A stretch of DNA of 64,000 nucleotides from Alphaproteobacteria bacterium (lineage in GTDB: Bacteria; Pseudomonadota; Alphaproteobacteria; JAAXGF01), in the NCBI GenBank assembly GCA_963555825.3, contig CAUVXB020000002.1:3552001-3616000 (forward strand), in the 5' to 3' direction. Positions 62,384 to 64,000 of the stretch are shown here, piece by piece; the stretch's first letter is position 1, and each line of letters begins with the position of its first letter. The notes below the pieces were generated by a model that was not told the origin of the DNA, made no database searches, and worked only from the letters and a program-made list of their open reading frames with translations. The position numbers and the translations under genes are program-made.

Positions 62384-62428
62384 TGAGTCGGACCCGATTT
62401 CCTTGGACACAGAATTGGCTTAATCGAA

Positions 62429-62860
62429 GTGTCCAAGGAGGACCGGAACATGACCGACAATTTTGAGAACAAAGTTGCTGTTGATGGGCCTGTGGTAAAC
62501 GAGGGCGAGCTTGGCTCGTCCACGTTTTCCCCGGGCCAGGTTTCGCCGGCAGGCCCGCTGGGACTTGGCCAGCGGTGGACGGTGACGCGCAAGCGTGAGG
62601 TTGCCCTGCGGCTTTTGCGTGGCGAGCCGGTGGAACTTTTGTCGCGGCAGTTGGGCGTGGAGATTTTCCGGCTCGAGCAGTGGCGTGAGAAGGCGATCGC
62701 CGGGATCGATGCCTCGCTCAAGGAACGCAAGGGCGATCCGGTGAAGGCGGAACTGGACATCGCCATGAAGCGGATCGGGGAGTTGATCATGCAGGTGGAA
62801 CTGCTGGAGGCCAAGACGGAGACGTCCGGCCCTTTGGGGCGGCGGAGGTCGCGGCGATGA
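62429..62860 (+). CDS. IS3-type OrfA
   Basis: Same protein as 8737-9168. Confidence 0.8.
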   Translation: MSKEDRNMTDNFENKVAVDGPVVNEGELGSSTFSPGQVSPAGPLGLGQRWTVTRKREVALRLLRGEPVELLSRQLGVEIFRLEQWREKAIAGIDASLKERKGDPVKAELDIAMKRIGELIMQVELLEAKTETSGPLGRRRSRR

Positions 62861-63768
62861 GTGCCGCCACCTCTCCCGGCACGGGTTTGGCCTACGGCCT
62901 CCAGCGGGTCTGTGCGGCCTGGGGTTTTGCCCGTTCCTCGTTCTACGCCATGAAATCCCGGCAGCAGGCCACCGCTGAGCGCCCACCAGCAAAGCGCCGG
63001 GGACCGAAGCCCTCGATCTCGGACGAGGCTCTGCTGGTGGCCATCGAGGCCGACCTGGAGGCATCCCCCTGGGAGGGCGAGGGACACCGCAAGGTCTGGG
63101 CTCGGCTTCGGGTCTGTCGTGGCATCCGTGTTTCCCGCAAGCGGGGGCTCCGGGTGATGCGCGAGAACAACCTGCTCTCGCCCCATCGCTGCCGCCGCCG
63201 TGGCGGAAATCCCCATGTCGGTGAGATCATCACCCATGCCCCCAACCTCATGTGGGGCACGGACGGCGTTCGGGTGTTCACGGTGGACGACGGCTGGGGC
63301 TGGATATTCACCGCCATCGAGCATTGGAACGCCGAGTGCGTCGGCTGGCATGTGTGCAAGCGAGGCGACCGCTTCGCCGCCCTTCAGCCGATCTCCATGG
63401 GGCTTGCGAGGCTGTATGCCTCGACCTCCGCCGGTGCGGCGCGGGGGCTGGCCTTGCGGATGGATCACGGCTCCCAGTATCTGTCGGACCACTTCACCAA
63501 CCAGATCAAGTTCTGGGGCATCCAGCCGTCCTACGCCTTCGTCGAACAGCCCCAGACCAACGGCGTCGCCGAGAGGTTCAATCGCACGCTCAAGGAACAG
63601 ATCATCCATGGCCGCATCTACCGCAACATCGCGGAGCTGCGGAACGCCGTCCGCGGGTTCGTCGAACAGTACAATGCCCAGTGGATCGTGGAGAAGAACG
63701 GCTACCTGAGCCCCGCTCAAGCTCGTCAGGCGTGGCACACCGCGATGTCACTCAGGCCCGCCGCATGA
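62857..63768 (+). CDS. IS3-type transposase OrfB
   Basis: Same protein as 7829-8740. Confidence 0.92.
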   Translation: MSAATSPGTGLAYGLQRVCAAWGFARSSFYAMKSRQQATAERPPAKRRGPKPSISDEALLVAIEADLEASPWEGEGHRKVWARLRVCRGIRVSRKRGLRVMRENNLLSPHRCRRRGGNPHVGEIITHAPNLMWGTDGVRVFTVDDGWGWIFTAIEHWNAECVGWHVCKRGDRFAALQPISMGLARLYASTSAGAARGLALRMDHGSQYLSDHFTNQIKFWGIQPSYAFVEQPQTNGVAERFNRTLKEQIIHGRIYRNIAELRNAVRGFVEQYNAQWIVEKNGYLSPAQARQAWHTAMSLRPAA

Positions 63769-63803
63769 GACAAACTTGTGTCCAAGGAACCGGGTGCGAT
63801 ACA

Positions 63804-63960
63804 GCGCCATCTGATCCAGGCACTGGACTTCGTGATGAGCAACCGCGAGCGGTTTCCGTTCGCGGCGATCGTCGATTCGAAGTTTTCGCTCGACCAGATG
63901 GACGAAGCGTTTGCCCGCGCGGCCGACCGCTCGGTGCTGCGCGCCGCCATCGTGCCGTAA
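63804..63960 (+). pseudogene. 3' remnant of a probable zinc-binding (MDR) dehydrogenase
   Basis: RHLIQALDFV..RFPF..KFSLDQMDEAF..RAAIVP* resembles MDR C-termini. Confidence 0.5.
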
Positions 63961-64000
63961 GATGACGGCGGTCATGCCGGGCCTCAAGGGGGCGGTCGAG

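Larger units (their letters stand above)
62384..63803 (+). mobile_element. IS3/IS481-like element, copy 2
   Basis: Inverted near-identical copy of 7794-9213; no flanking DR. Confidence 0.9.

Overview
GC-rich, very IS-dense accessory region, probably from an alphaproteobacterium (inferred from protein families and codon style). Cargo blocks: (i) two convergent CoA-acylating (methyl)malonate-semialdehyde dehydrogenases; (ii) four translationally coupled class III adenylate cyclase-TolB-like-TPR paralogs, followed by two CmcJ/NvfI(AsaB)-like oxidoreductases and a secreted orphan; (iii) a PhyH/EctD-like dioxygenase coupled to a non-canonical SHMT; (iv) an iron-containing ADH with a phnDCEE-type ABC transporter; (v) a diheme cytochrome c and cytochrome c'/c556 pair; (vi) a decayed integrative-mobilizable element (1825-aa MobF relaxase-helicase, hairpin cluster, RIT trio, broken integrase); (vii) a PotD-like binding protein and a BCCT transporter. 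These blocks are separated by many complete, nested or truncated IS elements (IS256, IS1182-like, IS630, IS3/IS481-like, IS4, IS1380, IS21, ISAs1, IS110). I saw no rRNA, tRNA or CRISPR array. All family calls come from recognising motifs by eye, not from database searches.
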